DNA of 64,000 bases from Malacoraja senta (Eukaryota), in NCBI GenBank assembly GCA_038087875.1, contig JAXLNO010000065.1, positions 186,001 to 250,000 of the forward strand. Direction: 5' to 3'. Of the stretch, positions 23,486 through 35,720 are shown in pieces. Both the position numbers and the translations under genes were made by a program. Numbering within the stretch: position 1 is the first letter of the stretch; the number at the start of each line of letters is the position of its first letter. The notes beneath the pieces were generated by a model. It was given only the letters and a program-made list of their open reading frames with translations, was not told the origin of the DNA and made no database searches.

Positions 23486-24690
23486 GTGTAAGAAGGAACT
23501 GCAGATGTTGGATTACATCGAAGATAGACACAAAATGCTGGAGTTACTCAACTAGACAGGCAGCATCTCTGGAGAGAAGGAATGGGTGACGTTTCGAGTT
23601 GAGACCCTTCTTCACACAGTGTGGGAAAGTGGAGGTATGGAAGGGTTTCAAAGTGAATGTAAGGTGTAAAAACGGCAGATCAAAGCCGACGATGATCAAG
23701 GATATGTCGAATGGTTCATTGTTGGCTGAAGGGAAGGTGGCAACGAGGCATACAAACAGTGAAATTAATCAGGACAGTGAAACTAGTTGGAAAACTAGGG
23801 TGGGGAAGGGACGGGGAGAGTGGGGAAGCAAGGGTCACTTGAAGTTAGAAACATCAAGTTCATACCGCTACCCAAGCAAAATATGAGGTGCTGTTCCTCC
23901 AATTTGTGTTTGACCTCACTCTGACAGTGGAGGTGGCCCAGGACAGAATGGTGAGTGTGGGAATGGGAGGTGGAGTTAAAGTGTTTAGCAACCGGGAGAT
24001 TGCATGGGCCCAGACGGACTGAGTGCAGATGTTCAGCGAAAAGATCGGCGAGTGTCCGCTTGCTCTGGCCAATATATAGGAGTCCACACCTAGAACAGCG
24101 GATACAGTAGATACAGTAGATGAGGTTGGAGGAGGTGCAAGTGAAACTCTGCCTCACCTGCAAAGACTGTTGGAGTCCTTGGACCAAGTCCAGGGAGGAG
24201 GTATAGGGACAGGTTGCTTCTCCTGTGGTTGCAAAGAAAAGCACCTGAGGAGGGGGTGGATTGGGTGGGAAGGGATGAGTTAACCAGGGAGTTGCGGAGG
24301 GAATGGTCTCTGCGGAAAGCGGAAAAGGGTGGAGATGTGGCTAGTTGTGCGATCCCATTGGAAGTGGCGAAAATGTCAGAGGATCATGTGCTATATGCGA
24401 TGGCTGATGGGGTGGAAGGTGAGGACTAGGGGGGGACTGTCCCTGTTGTGACTGGGGGGAGGGGGAGCAAAAGTAGAGCTGCGGGAAACTGAGGAGAGGT
24501 CCTCATCTATGATGGAAGAGGGGAACCCGGGATCACTCTCCCGACTGCGAAACACTTTAACTTTCTCCTCCCATTCCCATGAGGACCGAAGACCCAAAAA
24601 GCTGGAGTATCTCAGCGGGTCAGGCAGCATTTCAGGAGAAAAGCAATAGGGATATTTCAGGTCGAGACCCTTCTTTAGACTGAGAGTCAG
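23486..24690 (-). mobile_element. Penelope-like element fragment (GIY-YIG endonuclease plus pseudo-LTRs)
   Basis: Minus ORF 23795-24244: FTCTSSNLIYCI.C.RCGLLYIGQSKR.L..LF.EH..PVAKHFN..KLEEQHLIF.LGS.GMN is a GIY-YIG signature. pLTR copies at 23486-23615 and 24595-24690. Confidence 0.9.
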
Positions 24691-25785
24691 GACCTCCCTG
24701 ATGCGTGGGACCATTCAGTTGCCTGATAACAGCTGGGAAGAAACTGTCCCTAAATCTGGCAACAGTGGACTGATTATATTCAGGAATGATCTCTTCCAGC
24801 TTAATTTTGATTCTGCTAATTTATCATCCAATCTTGACCCAAAATCATGAAGTGCTCTCAGTTAGTAGTGCTGCAGCAGACTAGATATTTGACCTGAGAG
24901 GGCGTCACGGGCATGACCAATGTAGTTCTCCCCGGATGTGCAGACAGGCATGTTTTTTATTGATCCACTTGCTCCGTTTTCTTTATCTATCCCTGAGACA
25001 CGGGAGCCCAAATACAATGTACTATGTTCCTTATTATTCCTCCTTTACAAATTGGATTCTATAACAGGGACCAGGGAGTAATCCACGGATCTGTCCAACA
25101 CAAACAATCTCCAATCAGAATATCACAGGCAGTTAAAAAGATAGCGCTCAGTTTCGATGAATATTTTAATACTTGCGGTTCTTTGTACACACCCTGCCTG
25201 CTCTCCCCACAAGGAAGGAGATGATGATTAATATGAACAGGCTAAGGAGTGGATGAGCTTCACCTTGCCTTGCAGTAGCGAAATGCCTAGACACGGGTTT
25301 GATGCATCCAGGAATTGGTTGTTGTGTGACACAAAATGCTGGAGTAACTCAACGGGACTCCAGTTACTCCAGCAATTTGTGCCTATCTTCAGTGTAAACC
25401 AGAATTTGTTTTCCTTGAACTTTGTCTCATTTTCACACTTTACACTTCCTTATCACTGTGTCTTCTCCCCTAACTCCCAGACTGAAGAAGGGTCTCGACC
25501 CAAAACGCCACCCATTCCTTCTATCCAGAGATGCTGCCTGTCCCACTGAGTTACTCTAGCATTTTGTAAACCAGCATTGCAGTTCCTTCCTACATGTTCC
25601 TGCCTACACATTGTTTGTTGTGTATTGTCTGGTACAATACTGGAATAGGTGCTTGCCTTTCTTTGTGAGAGCCACTTCTGCATCTTTGTGTTGCTATATT
25701 TAACAAAGCTCCCCTCCCTCTTCCATCTTTGAAGATCGATTGTACAGCCCCAGTCATTAAGTCACTGAGTGAAGGAGAGAGATCA

Positions 25786-26117
25786 TGGAAACAGGCTCTT
25801 CGGCCCACTGACTTTGTGCTAACCACGAACCACCAGTTTCCACTAATGTCCATTGATCCCTTTTTTAAATTCTCCCACATTTCCACCAGCCACCATACTC
25901 ACCCCCCCCCCCCCCCAATCCCTCCTAACCACCTGGATTCTACACACGATGGTCAATTTACAGTGGTCAATTATTGAACCAGCCCATGTGTCCATAGGAT
26001 GCCGGAGGAAACTGTAGCGCTTGGAGGAAACTCAGGGAGAACGTGCAAACCCCACACTGACAGCACTGGAGGTCAGGATTGAGGCATCAGCTCTCCTAGT
26101 TGCACGACTGTGCTGCC
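25786..26117 (-). mobile_element. Diverged V-domain SINE
   Basis: Reverse-complement tail (ggaaacaggctcttcggccc) plus partial V core and head. Confidence 0.65.
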
Positions 26118-27270
26118 TCGTTGACTACCAGTGGTAGAAACAAGGAACTGCAGGTGCTAGTTTACAAAAACGACATCAAGTACTGGAGTCACTCGAAGAA
26201 AGACACAAAAAGCTGGAGTAACTTAGCGGGACAGACAGCATCTCTGGAGAGAAGTAATGGGTGACGTTTTCGGGTCGAGTCCCTTGTTATTGTATTTTGA
26301 CCCCTATTCCCTCTCTGGAAATGGTTGACAGTAACTCAGCAGGTCAAGCAGCATCCCTGGTGAACATGGAAAGGTGACGTTTGGGCTCGGGACCCATCCT
26401 CGGACTCATGAGGAAGGGATGACCCGTCTCAGGAAGGGTCTGTCTGTATTCTCCAGGGATGCTGCCTGACCTGCTGACCTTCAGCACTTTGTGTCTTTTC
26501 TTTAATTACCAATGGGTATTGCACAGCTGGGAAGGAAAGGGTGATTAGAAGTGGACGGAGAAAGGGTTGGATTTTAAGACGCTGTGAGCAAGTTTGCAGC
26601 TTGTACAAGCTGCGGTTAATTTTGCGAAGCGTTGGTTTGTGTCAGACAGTAGCCTCCCTTATCAGCTGCAGGTTCAAGCGAGTCTCCCTGCACCTCATTA
26701 CAATGGAAATGATGTGTCCATCAACACCTATCGTCCCTGTGTGTCCATATGGTTGCGAGCTGATAGGGAACTGGCATTATCCTGTTAAGGGGACAGATAA
26801 TGGCTCTTTATTGTCTTGGCAGAGTGGAGCCTCCTAATCAGACCACAGCACATTTATTTTTTTGCGAGAAGGCTTCGGCAGAAAGCCGCCTGGTTGGCAG
26901 CCTTATCAAAGGCTGATGCTTGCCTCAAACCCGCTGATTGGCTGTCCACTCCCAATCAGCAGCTCCAGCTTCTGGCTCCTTCTATTCTTCTTTGTCGTGC
27001 CTCTGGCTTCTTACAGGTTACAGATAGGCAGAGGGAGAATTAATCACAGGGGATTGTGCTTGGAAGACAGGCTTTCTCCTGCAGCCATCCTGAGGATTTT
27101 TGAAATGACCTAAAGTTGAAGCTCCCTCTCTGCTCCCTTTTCACACGTCCCTATAATTTCATAGAAGTGTTAATGCATTACTTTCCTCCCTTCCTCCCCT
27201 TCCCTTAGCCCTTTTGATGGATTTATGGCCCTCCCTGATTCACTAGTCCTTTCAAAAGGCTGTATGTGTA

Positions 27271-27622
27271 GGGTGCCACGGTGATGCAGCGGCAGTGTTG
27301 CTGCCTTAAGGGCCTGTACCACTTTCACGACCTAATTCACGACCTCTGCCGAGTTTGCCCTTGACTCATACTCGCAGCATGGTCGTCACGAGGTCGTAGG
27401 AGGTCGTAGGTAGGTCGTAGCAGGCCGTGATGCTCGTCGTAGGTACTCGTGGCATCAAGTAGGTCGGGGCATTTTTTCTAGCATGATGAAAAATGTCCAC
27501 GAGTAAAAAAGGTCGTGAATTAGGTCGTGAAAGTGGGACAGGCCCTATACAGGGCCAGAGATTTGGGGGGGGGGGGGGGTGCGAATGGCCTGTTTCCCTA
27601 CTGTGTCTTGAAACTAAACTAA
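27271..27622 (+). mobile_element. V-domain SINE, internally deleted and interrupted by a MITE
   Basis: Head ...gttgctgcctta | MITE | cagggccagag... then tail ggcctgtttcc and (ctaaa)n. Confidence 0.7.
27309..27546. mobile_element. PIF/Harbinger-like MITE (238 bp)
   Basis: TIR agggcctgt(a/c)ccactttcacgacctaattcacgacc, flanks TTA / ATA, and internal ggtcgta repeats. Confidence 0.8.
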
Positions 27623-27738
27623 ATGGCAGACGCTGGTTTACGCCGAAGTTAGACACAAAGTACTGGAGTAACCCAGCGGGTCAGCCAATGACTCTGGCGA
27701 AAAGGAATAGGTGACATTTTGGATCGAGACCCTTCTTC

Positions 27739-28538
27739 ATTGTATTGTATTGTATATCTTTATTGTCATTTCCTGAGTATTCACATACCCAGAGGAAACA
27801 AAAAAACGTTCCTCAACCAGTGTCCATTTCAGTGTGCAGTAAAAAATAAATAGAAGTAAAAATACATATATCATGAACAAATTAACACTCTACTCTACTA
27901 AACATCAACAGGCGTTCCGATCGGCAGCGGCACGACAGTGGCTCTGCTGCAGTGTGTCCAGGTTGATGGTTGGTGCATGATACTTTGGCAGGGGACAAAG
28001 TCCGTTTATCAGTCTTATAACCTGTGGGAAGAAGCTGAGGAGCATCCTGCTGGTTTTGCACCTAATGCTCCGGTACCTCTTCCCAGATGGCAGGATGGAG
28101 AATATGTGATGCGATGGGTGGTAGGGGTCTTTGATGATGGAGATGGCTCTGCTGATACATCTCTTCCTGTATATGTCCAGCAGGAAAGGGAGTGGAGCAC
28201 CAATAATCCTGCTGGCGGTCTTCACAATCCTGTCTGGTTGGTGCCGTTCGTACGCCTTGCAGCTCCTTAACCAGGAAGTGATGCCGTAGGTTAATGTGCT
28301 CTCGATTGTCCCCCTATAAAAAGTTCGTAGGTGTGTAGTGGGGAGACCTGCTTTACGTAGTCTTCGGAGAGGGTGTAGTCGCTGCTGGGCTCTCTTGACC
28401 AGTGCTGTGGTGTTGGTCGTGGACGTCAGGTCATCTGACAGGTGGAATCCTAGGAACTTCACGCTGTTGACCCTTTCCACATCAGCTCCTTCGATGTGCA
28501 GAGGTGTATGGTGTTGTTTTCCCACCCTCCTGAAGTCA
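27739..28538 (-). mobile_element. Rex1/Babar-type LINE, 5'-truncated, with an intact ORF2 C-terminal frame
   Basis: ORF 27905-28552 (VERVNSVKFLG..KRAQQRLH.LRRLRK..FYRGTIES.LT..HPSH.IFSILPSGKRYRS..SFFP..IRL.N). 3' TGACAATAAAG followed by a (CAATA)n tail. Confidence 0.9.
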
Positions 28539-28956
28539 CCCTTCAAGGCCACTCCCTCTCACTGCCGTTACGACGTCAGGAGATTCTGACTGGTTACAGG
28601 CAATAAAGGTAATTTTTTAATGGCTATTGAAAATCAAAGCAAAATTGCCGATGCTGGAAATCTAAAACAAAAGCAGAAAATGCTGGAAATACTCATCAGG
28701 CCAGGAGTCAAGAGTGTTTCATTGTCATATGAACCAACAACAGAACAATGAAAGTCTTGCTACAGGTTAACAAGCCAGTAACTACAATAATACATAGGTC
28801 AATATAAGAGTTAAAAATACAATGAGTTAATAAGCGTAAATACTTGGTAACAATAAGAGTGCAAAAAAATGAAGTCTGTAGTGCAACCAGAGTCTAAAGA
28901 TCGTTGTTGCTATGGTTGGTGTTCAAGAGCCTGATGGTTGCTGAGAAGGAGATGGC

Positions 28957-29213
28957 AGGGCGACACAGCAGTAGAGTTGCTGCCTTACTGACACCCCGGT
29001 TTGATCCTGACTACGGGTGCTGTCTGCACAAAGTTTGCACGTTCTCCCTGTGCTTCAGTTTCCACCCACACTCCAAAAATGTACGGGTTTTATAGGTTAA
29101 GTTGGGTTCTGTAAATTGTCCCTAGCGTATGGATAGAACTAGAGTATGAGTGTCTGTTGGTCGACGTGTGCCCGAAGGGCCTGTTTCCACGCTGTATATC
29201 TAAACTAGACCTA
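28957..29213 (+). mobile_element. V-domain tRNA-derived SINE (HE1-like)
   Basis: Head, V core and tail present, inserted within a minus-strand Rex1 3' fragment (28708-29280). Confidence 0.8.
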
Positions 29214-29787
29214 AAGCTGTCCTTACATCTGGCGGTCACAGTTTTCAGGCTCCTGTGCTTTCTTCGCGATGGTAGTAGTGAAATGACAGCATCTGTGGGA
29301 AGAAAGACGTGTCAATGTTTCAAGTTGGAGTCCCTTCATCAAAACTGAAAAAAGAGACTAAAGAAGTTTGTGAAGCGAACCTTCTTAAATAAAGGACAAC
29401 AGGACATTGACAACAGTCTTCTGGTACCGCACCTGTAGCTAACAAGGATGCAGAAATATCCGACAGGGCCCCAGCAATCTCCTTCCTTCTGGGTTAGATC
29501 TTTCCCTAGGGATTTTTTTTTGTATGTTCTAAGACATCTAGCACCTACATATTATACCACATTTCTGCCTCTAGTAATTTTATAAACTTTTATCAGATCT
29601 CCTATCGACCTTCGATGCTCCAGAGAAAGTACTCCAGGTTTGTCCAACCTCATATTGTAGCTCAAAGGTAGACAAAAATGCTGGAGAAACTCAGCGGGTG
29701 AGGCAGCATCTATGGAGCGAAGGAATAGGTGACGTTTCACCTTTTAGCTCGGACTCCTTAATAGCATCAGGTTTCATTTATTCTTTC

Positions 29788-30108
29788 GACTTTGGAGACA
29801 CAGCACGGAAACAGGCCCTTCGACCCATCAAGTCTACGCCGACCATCCAATCCTCCCCCCCCCCCCCCCCCAATATACCAGCACTCTCCTACACACTAGG
29901 GACAATTTACAATTTTTCACCAGAGCCAATTAACCTACAAGCCTGCACATCTTTGGGATGTTGGAGGAAACTGGAGCACCTGGAGAAAACCCCTGCGTTC
30001 ACAGGGAGAACGTACAAACTCCTTTCAGATAGTACCTGTGGTCAGGATCGAACCCGGGTGTTTGGCGCTGTAGGACAGCAACTCTTACCGCTGCGCCACC
30101 GCGCTGCC
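29788..30108 (-). mobile_element. V-domain tRNA-derived SINE (HE1-like)
   Basis: Full-length reverse-complement match. It accounts for most of the 190-aa ORF 29698-30270. Confidence 0.9.
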
Positions 30109-31852
30109 CTGGGCTCTCTCCTCCCACAGGCAGGGGCTGCAACTGGGATTACTGGGCACCAACAGCTCCCACTACCCCACTGTGGGGTGCATCAGCAATA
30201 CAGGACAGTGAGTGCTATCTGCAGGGAGAGGTGGATGGAGGAATCTCTGCTCTTTCTCCCTCGACGATGACTCCCAACTCCCCTCAATCCACCGCCTCCT
30301 GCCCTCTTGGAGACGGAACTGTACGGGAGGTAGCAGTTAGTTGCGTGGTGGGGAGAGCTTGAGATGTCAGTGGAGCACTCACTCGAACCTGTCGAGGAAC
30401 ACACCCTCTGCCTTCGCTCAAGACTCTTCCAGATGCCACTTAATTTTCAGTGACTTGCTTAATTATGGTAATTGAGGATTAATTACCATTAATTATTCAC
30501 ACATACGCTCATCACAAGTCAGAGAATGAAGCCTTATGAGAACTGCCGGAGAGGCAAACGTTAACTTGCAAGCATCTGGTGCGTTCCTTCATTCTCCTTG
30601 ACAGATAGAACTGCCCTGGTCTGTCTCAATCTCTCCTCGACCCTCACATTCCAGGCGACTGGCACTCCGTCCGCTCTGTAGTTTAGTCAGAGACTCCCGA
30701 TCACAGGCATTCAGTGGGCAATGCATCCCCACCCCTGTACGAGTTGCCTCCCATGGACAACACAAGGAACTGCAGGTGCTGGAATGCTGAGCAAAAACAC
30801 TAATGCTGGAGGAACTGAAGAAGGGTCCCGAGCCGTAACAGTGGTGTCCGTCCATTCCCTCAGATGCTGCCTGACCCGTGGAGTTCCCCCAGCACTCTGT
30901 GTTTTGCTGAAGTCATGTATTCCTGGTTGTCTGATTCGGATCTTCCCAGACTAAAGGGATGTTGGTATTGGTGATAGACACAAAATGCTGGACTAACTCA
31001 GCGGGTCAGGCAGAAAAGGAATTGGTGACGTTTTGGAGCGAGATCCTTCTTCTCCTTTCTGCCCGAAGAAGGGTCTCAACCTCAAAAAGTCACCTATTCC
31101 TTTTCTCCAGAGATGCTGCCTGAACTGCTGAGTTACTCCAGCATTTTGTCTATCTCCGGTGTTAACCAGCATCTGCAGTTCCTCCCTTCACATATTGGTA
31201 TTGGTGTTGACTTATTATTGCCCTCTGTACTAAGATCTAATGATCAATTGTTTTGTGTGCTATCCAGGCAAATCATACCATACACGAGTACAACTGGTGG
31301 TACCAACGAGAGAATGCAAAATAAAGTGTTACAGCTACAGAGAACATACAGGTTTTATAAAAAGTACATAGGCTGCAACAAGGTTGATTGGAAGATTGTG
31401 AATTCACCCTCAGCATACAATAGGTCTGAAGAAGGGTCTCGACCTGAAACGTCACCCATTCCTTCTCTCCAGAGATGCTGCCTGACCCGCTGTTACTCCA
31501 ACGTTTTGTGTCTAACTCAGCATACGAGAGGTCCATTCAGGATAGAGTTGTGAACACTGTCCATCAACGGCTCTGACCTCCCCACCATCGAAGGATTTAT
31601 CAGAGTCGTTGCCTCAAAAAGGCAGCCAATATCATCAGAGACCCACACCATCCTGGCCTCACACTCATTTCACCCCTGCCATCAGGAAGAAGTTGCAGGA
31701 GCCTGAAAACTGTAAAGTTCAGGAACAGCTTCTTCCCTACAGCCATCAGGCTATTAAAAACTACAACCTCATATAAGCTCTGAACTACAATAGACTATTA
31801 TTATTATTATTATTGCACTATTTTGTGTATGTGTGTGTGTGTTTTTTGTGTA

Positions 31853-31883
<31 letters not shown>

Positions 31884-32261
31884 AGTCTGATCTTGACCAC
31901 TTCCTTTTCTGTACATTGATTTTAGAAAAAACGCTGCCACTTACGGCTGTGATTTTTGGCCATCTTACTCAGTCATCCTCCGCTGCGCAGGATAAGAGGA
32001 TATTTCCCATCGATGAAAAATAAAAGAGTTATTAGTGTTTAAAAAAATGCTGAGATTCTCTCTCCTGAAGGCCACGCCCCTTCCGGAGGGACTATAAAAC
32101 CCGGAAGTGTTGAGTGCCTCAGTCAGTCTCTGCAAGATGGGGGAAGCGAGAGGGCCAGGTCTCTCAGTCTGAGCTGTGAATAACACTAAAAACATATCTA
32201 CTAAACTGTGAGTGTGGTTTTACTGACCTTGAGTGCCCTTAATGTGGTTTGAAAATGAAAA

Positions 32262-32490
32262 TGTGGTTGGTTTGAAATAAAGCACAGCAAATGGTAGGTG
32301 GTGGTTGGTTTGAAATAAAGCACAGCAAATGGTTGGTGGTGGTTGGTTTGAAATAAAGCACAGCAAATGGTTGGTGGTTGGTTTGAAATAAAGCACAGCA
32401 AATGGTTGGTGATGGTTGGTTTGAAATAAAGCACAGCAAATGGTTGGTGGTGGTTGGTTTGAAATAAAGCACAGCAAATGGTTGGTGGTC
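32262..32490 (+). repeat. 38/35-bp minisatellite, 6 copies
   Basis: gaaataaagcacagcaaat starts at 32274, 32312, 32350, 32385, 32423 and 32461. Confidence 0.95.
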
Positions 32491-32860
32491 TAAACTTGAC
32501 AACTTCCTGTTTCACTGTACATTGATTTTAGATAAAATGCTACCACTTACGGCTGTGATTTTTGGCCATCTTACTCAGTCCCGCTCCGCTCATCAGGTGC
32601 AGAGGATTCTTCCCATCAATGAAAAATAAAAGTGTTATTAGTCTTTAAAAAAGTGTTGGGAATCTCTCTCCTGTCAATCACACCATGAAACCACGCCCCT
32701 TCCTGTGGGAGGGGGAGGGATTATAAAACCCGGAAGTGTGGCTGTGGCTCAGTCTCTGCAAGATGGGGGAGGGAGAGGTCACGACTCTGTCTGAGCTGTG
32801 AATCAACTGAACACACTGAATGTCTACTGAACTGTGAGTATGGTGTTTATGTGTTTATCA

Positions 32861-33023
32861 TGCACCCTGCTTGAAATGGCATGAAACTGAACTTGCATTT
32901 GGTGGCCTTGCACCCTGCTTGAAGTGGCATGAAACTACACTTGAATTTGGTGGCCTTGCACTCTGCTTGAAGTGGTTTGAAACTGCACTTAAATTTGGTG
33001 GCCTTGCACCCTGCTTGAAATGG
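32861..33023 (+). repeat. 48-bp minisatellite, ~3.4 copies
   Basis: tgcac(c/t)ctgcttgaa starts at 32861, 32909, 32957 and 33005. Confidence 0.9.
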
Positions 33024-33303
33024 AATTTCTAGGAATAGCCGTGTCAACTGCCAGCCCACCAGCCGTGAGTGAGCTGCCAGCACATCAGGCTTAAGTGACT
33101 GAGCTTCCACCCCAAGAATCCATTTGGCCCACAATGTCCATACTAGCCCTCTGGAAACCAGTCCCTTCAGCCCACAACACCCATACTAGCACTCCAGAAA
33201 GCCCCCCCCCCACTGGCCACCAATATTGGAATTGGTGGAGAGGTGGAATATTTGCGTTGGGGGACCAGCCCTCCCGTGTGAACATGGGACCTAACGGGTC
33301 TAG

Positions 33304-33376
33304 TATGTATATATATGTGTATATATATGTATATGTATATATGTGTGTGTATATATGTGTGTGTATATGTGTGTGT

Positions 33377-33431
<55 letters not shown>

Positions 33432-33444
33432 CATACATACATAC

Positions 33445-33482
<38 letters not shown>

Positions 33483-33489
33483 ATACATA

Positions 33490-33554
<65 letters not shown>

Positions 33555-33742
33555 TGGTTTGAAATAAAGCACAGCAAATGGTTGGTGGTGGTTGGTTTGA
33601 AATAAAGCACAGCAAATGGTTGGTGGTTGGTTTGTATATATATATATATATATAGTATATATGTGTGTGTGTATATGTATATATATAAATATAAATATTT
33701 ATATATAAATATAAATATATTGTGAGTATGTGTATATATACA
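33304..33742. repeat. (TA)n/(TG)n/(TACA)n microsatellite
   Basis: Directly visible. It is the source of the IYIY ORFs. Confidence 0.95.
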
Positions 33743-34314
33743 CACTGAACTTTTATTTTCTCTCGTTTATCATATACTATGTTTACATATTCTGTTGTGC
33801 TGCAGCAAGTAAGAATTTCATTTTTCTATCTGGGACATATGACAATAAAACACTCTTGACTCTTGACACAAAATGCTGGAGTAAGCGAGTCAGGCAGCAT
33901 CTCTGGAAATAAGGATAAAGATGAGTGACATTTCGGATCAGTGACCCTTCCTGACCATAGTGCACTTGCGCTTGGGCAGTCTTACTTTTAAGTTAAGACC
34001 TATTAACAGTTCCCCCTTCCCCCTCCCTTGACCTGAGATGCCAGAGTTTTCAGCTCTTCCCGACTCCTGTTTGGAGTCTGTGTCAGCTGTTTGATACTAT
34101 TGTAATACTTTGCAAAGTCATAGTTTGGAATTGTATTCCAGGTGGTCAAATGCAATTCCCGGAGATACAAGGGGGCTTCACTTCAATGGGTTTTCAAGTG
34201 GAAAGACAGTATCAATAGAATAACATGTTCACAATAAGGTTACATTTTGGGGAGAGAGGAATATACAAATATTTTGCATCTGTAACTCGTATGTTGAAAC
34301 AAACTAACCCCAAA

Positions 34315-34590
34315 GTGGCACAACTGTTAGTTCACATTCAGCAGCGCCAGAGACCCTGATTCGTTTCTGACCTCGGGTGTCTGTGTGGAGTTTGTAAGTT
34401 ATCCCTGTGACCGTATGGGTATCCTCCGGCGGCTGCGGTTTCAGGTTAATTGATCTCTGTAAGTTGCCTCAAGCGTATAGGGAGCGGATGATAAAGTGGA
34501 ATAACATGGAACTAGTGTGGGCGGATGATTGATGGTCAGCATAGACTTGGTGGGCCAAAGGGCCTGTTTCCATGTTGTGTATTTCAACTA
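34315..34590 (+). mobile_element. Diverged V-domain SINE
   Basis: cagcgccagagaccc.., ggagtttgta..ccctgtgacc, tail gggcctgtttcc. Confidence 0.7.
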
Positions 34591-34682
34591 ATTAGCATGA
34601 AACGCCAAAAGGAAAAGAAAATCTTCAAATACACGGTGGCTTCCCAATTGTAGCCTCTCTCTTGCTTCTTAACTGATGGGAC

Positions 34683-35323
34683 TCTATTCCTCAAATTGAC
34701 GACCTCGAAATGATCATCCACTCATTTATCTCCTCCCGCCTTGATTACTGCAACTCCCTTTACACTGGCATCAGCCAATCATCCCTGCCCCGCCTGCAAT
34801 TGGTCCAAAACGCCGCAGCGAGACTCCTGACGGGCACCCGAAAAAGGGACCACATCACCCCGATTCTGGCCTCTCTCCACTGACTCCCTGTTCGTTTCCG
34901 AATCAATTTCAAGCTCCTTCTTTATGTATACAAAGCCCTTAACGGGCTTGCCCCCACCTACATCAAAAATCTGCTTTCCCACCATACCACCTCTAGGTCC
35001 CTCAGATCGGCCGACTTGGGGTTACTGACCATCCCCGCGTCTAGGCATAAGCTCAGGGGCGACCGCGCTTTTGCGGTTGCAGCTCCTAGACTATGGAACA
35101 GCATCCCTCTTCCCATCAGAACTGCCCCCTCCATCGACTTTTACGTCTAGACTTAAAACTTATTTCTACTCTCAAGCCTTTCTTGAGGTCTTCTGAGGGA
35201 GCGCTGTATGTATCTATGTACCATTGTTTGTAGCACATTAGTACCTGCACCAATGGAAAGCACTTTGGTCAAGGAGAGTTGTTTTTAAATGTGCTATAGA
35301 AATAAAATTGACTTGACTTGACT
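34683..35323 (+). mobile_element. L2-clade LINE 3' fragment
   Basis: Translates DLEMIIHSFISSRLDYCNSL..LQLVQNAAARLL..DHITPILASLH*LPV..GDRAFAVAAPRLWNS.P; ends aataaaa(ttgac)n. Confidence 0.9.
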
Positions 35324-35324
35324 A

Positions 35325-35720
35325 TTCCGAGGAGCGCAGGTGTATGAGGGGTGATCTTATATAGGTGTATAAAATAACGAGAGGAATAGATCGGGTAGAT
35401 GCCCAAAATCTCTTAACCAGAGTAGGAAAATTGAGGACATAGGTTTAAGGTGAAGGGGGAAAGATTTTAATAGGAATCTGAGGGCTAACTTTTTCACACA
35501 AAGTGTGGGGGGTGTATGGAACGAGCAGACGGAGGAGGTAGTTTAGGCATGGACTATTGGAATGTTTAAAAAACAATTAGAGAGATACATGGATAGGACA
35601 GGGTTTAGAGGAATATGGGCCAAATGCAGGCAGGTGGGACTAGTGTGTATGGGACATGTTGGTCGGTGTGGCCGAAGGGCCTAATTCCATGCTGTATTCC
35701 ACGAGACACTATGAATCTAT
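35325..35720 (+). mobile_element. CR1-type LINE 3' fragment
   Basis: gaggggtgatcttata..ggacataggtttaaggtga..ttttcacacaaa..; tail ggccgaagggcc. Confidence 0.75.

Larger units (their letters stand above)
31872..33303 (+). mobile_element. Non-autonomous Helitron-like element with internal duplication and minisatellites
   Basis: 3' end has the hairpin GACC-TAACG-GGTC running into CTAG followed by T (33300-33304). 5' end merges with (TA)n. No TIR or TSD. The ~330-bp unit 31895-32220 is duplicated at 32495-32850. Confidence 0.6.
31553..33868 (+). mobile_element. Rex1/Babar-type LINE 3' end, split by a Helitron-like insertion in its (TA/TG)n tract
   Basis: 31553-31760 encodes ..LPTIE..RCLKKAANIIRDPHHPG...PLPSGR..FRNSFFPTAIRLL. 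The 3' UTR resumes at ~33740 and ends tgacaataaaacactcttgactcttgac. Confidence 0.8.

Noticed and set aside
27008..27022. Recursive splice site in the long intron (cag|gttaca; also ccag|gtttca near 54458)
   Set aside because: The regenerated donors are poor matches to GTRAG and cannot be supported from sequence alone.
29698..30270. 190-aa ORF and many similar 'PINLQTCTSLECGRKPEH' ORFs
   Set aside because: Antisense read-through of V-SINE copies, not a gene family.
32262..32490. 38-bp direct repeats superficially like a CRISPR array
   Set aside because: Units are head-to-tail with no unique spacers, there are no cas genes, and the context is a vertebrate intron. It is a minisatellite.
33091..33745. 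Long IYIY/YIYI ORFs (also 61052-61549)
   Set aside because: Translations of (TA)n microsatellites.
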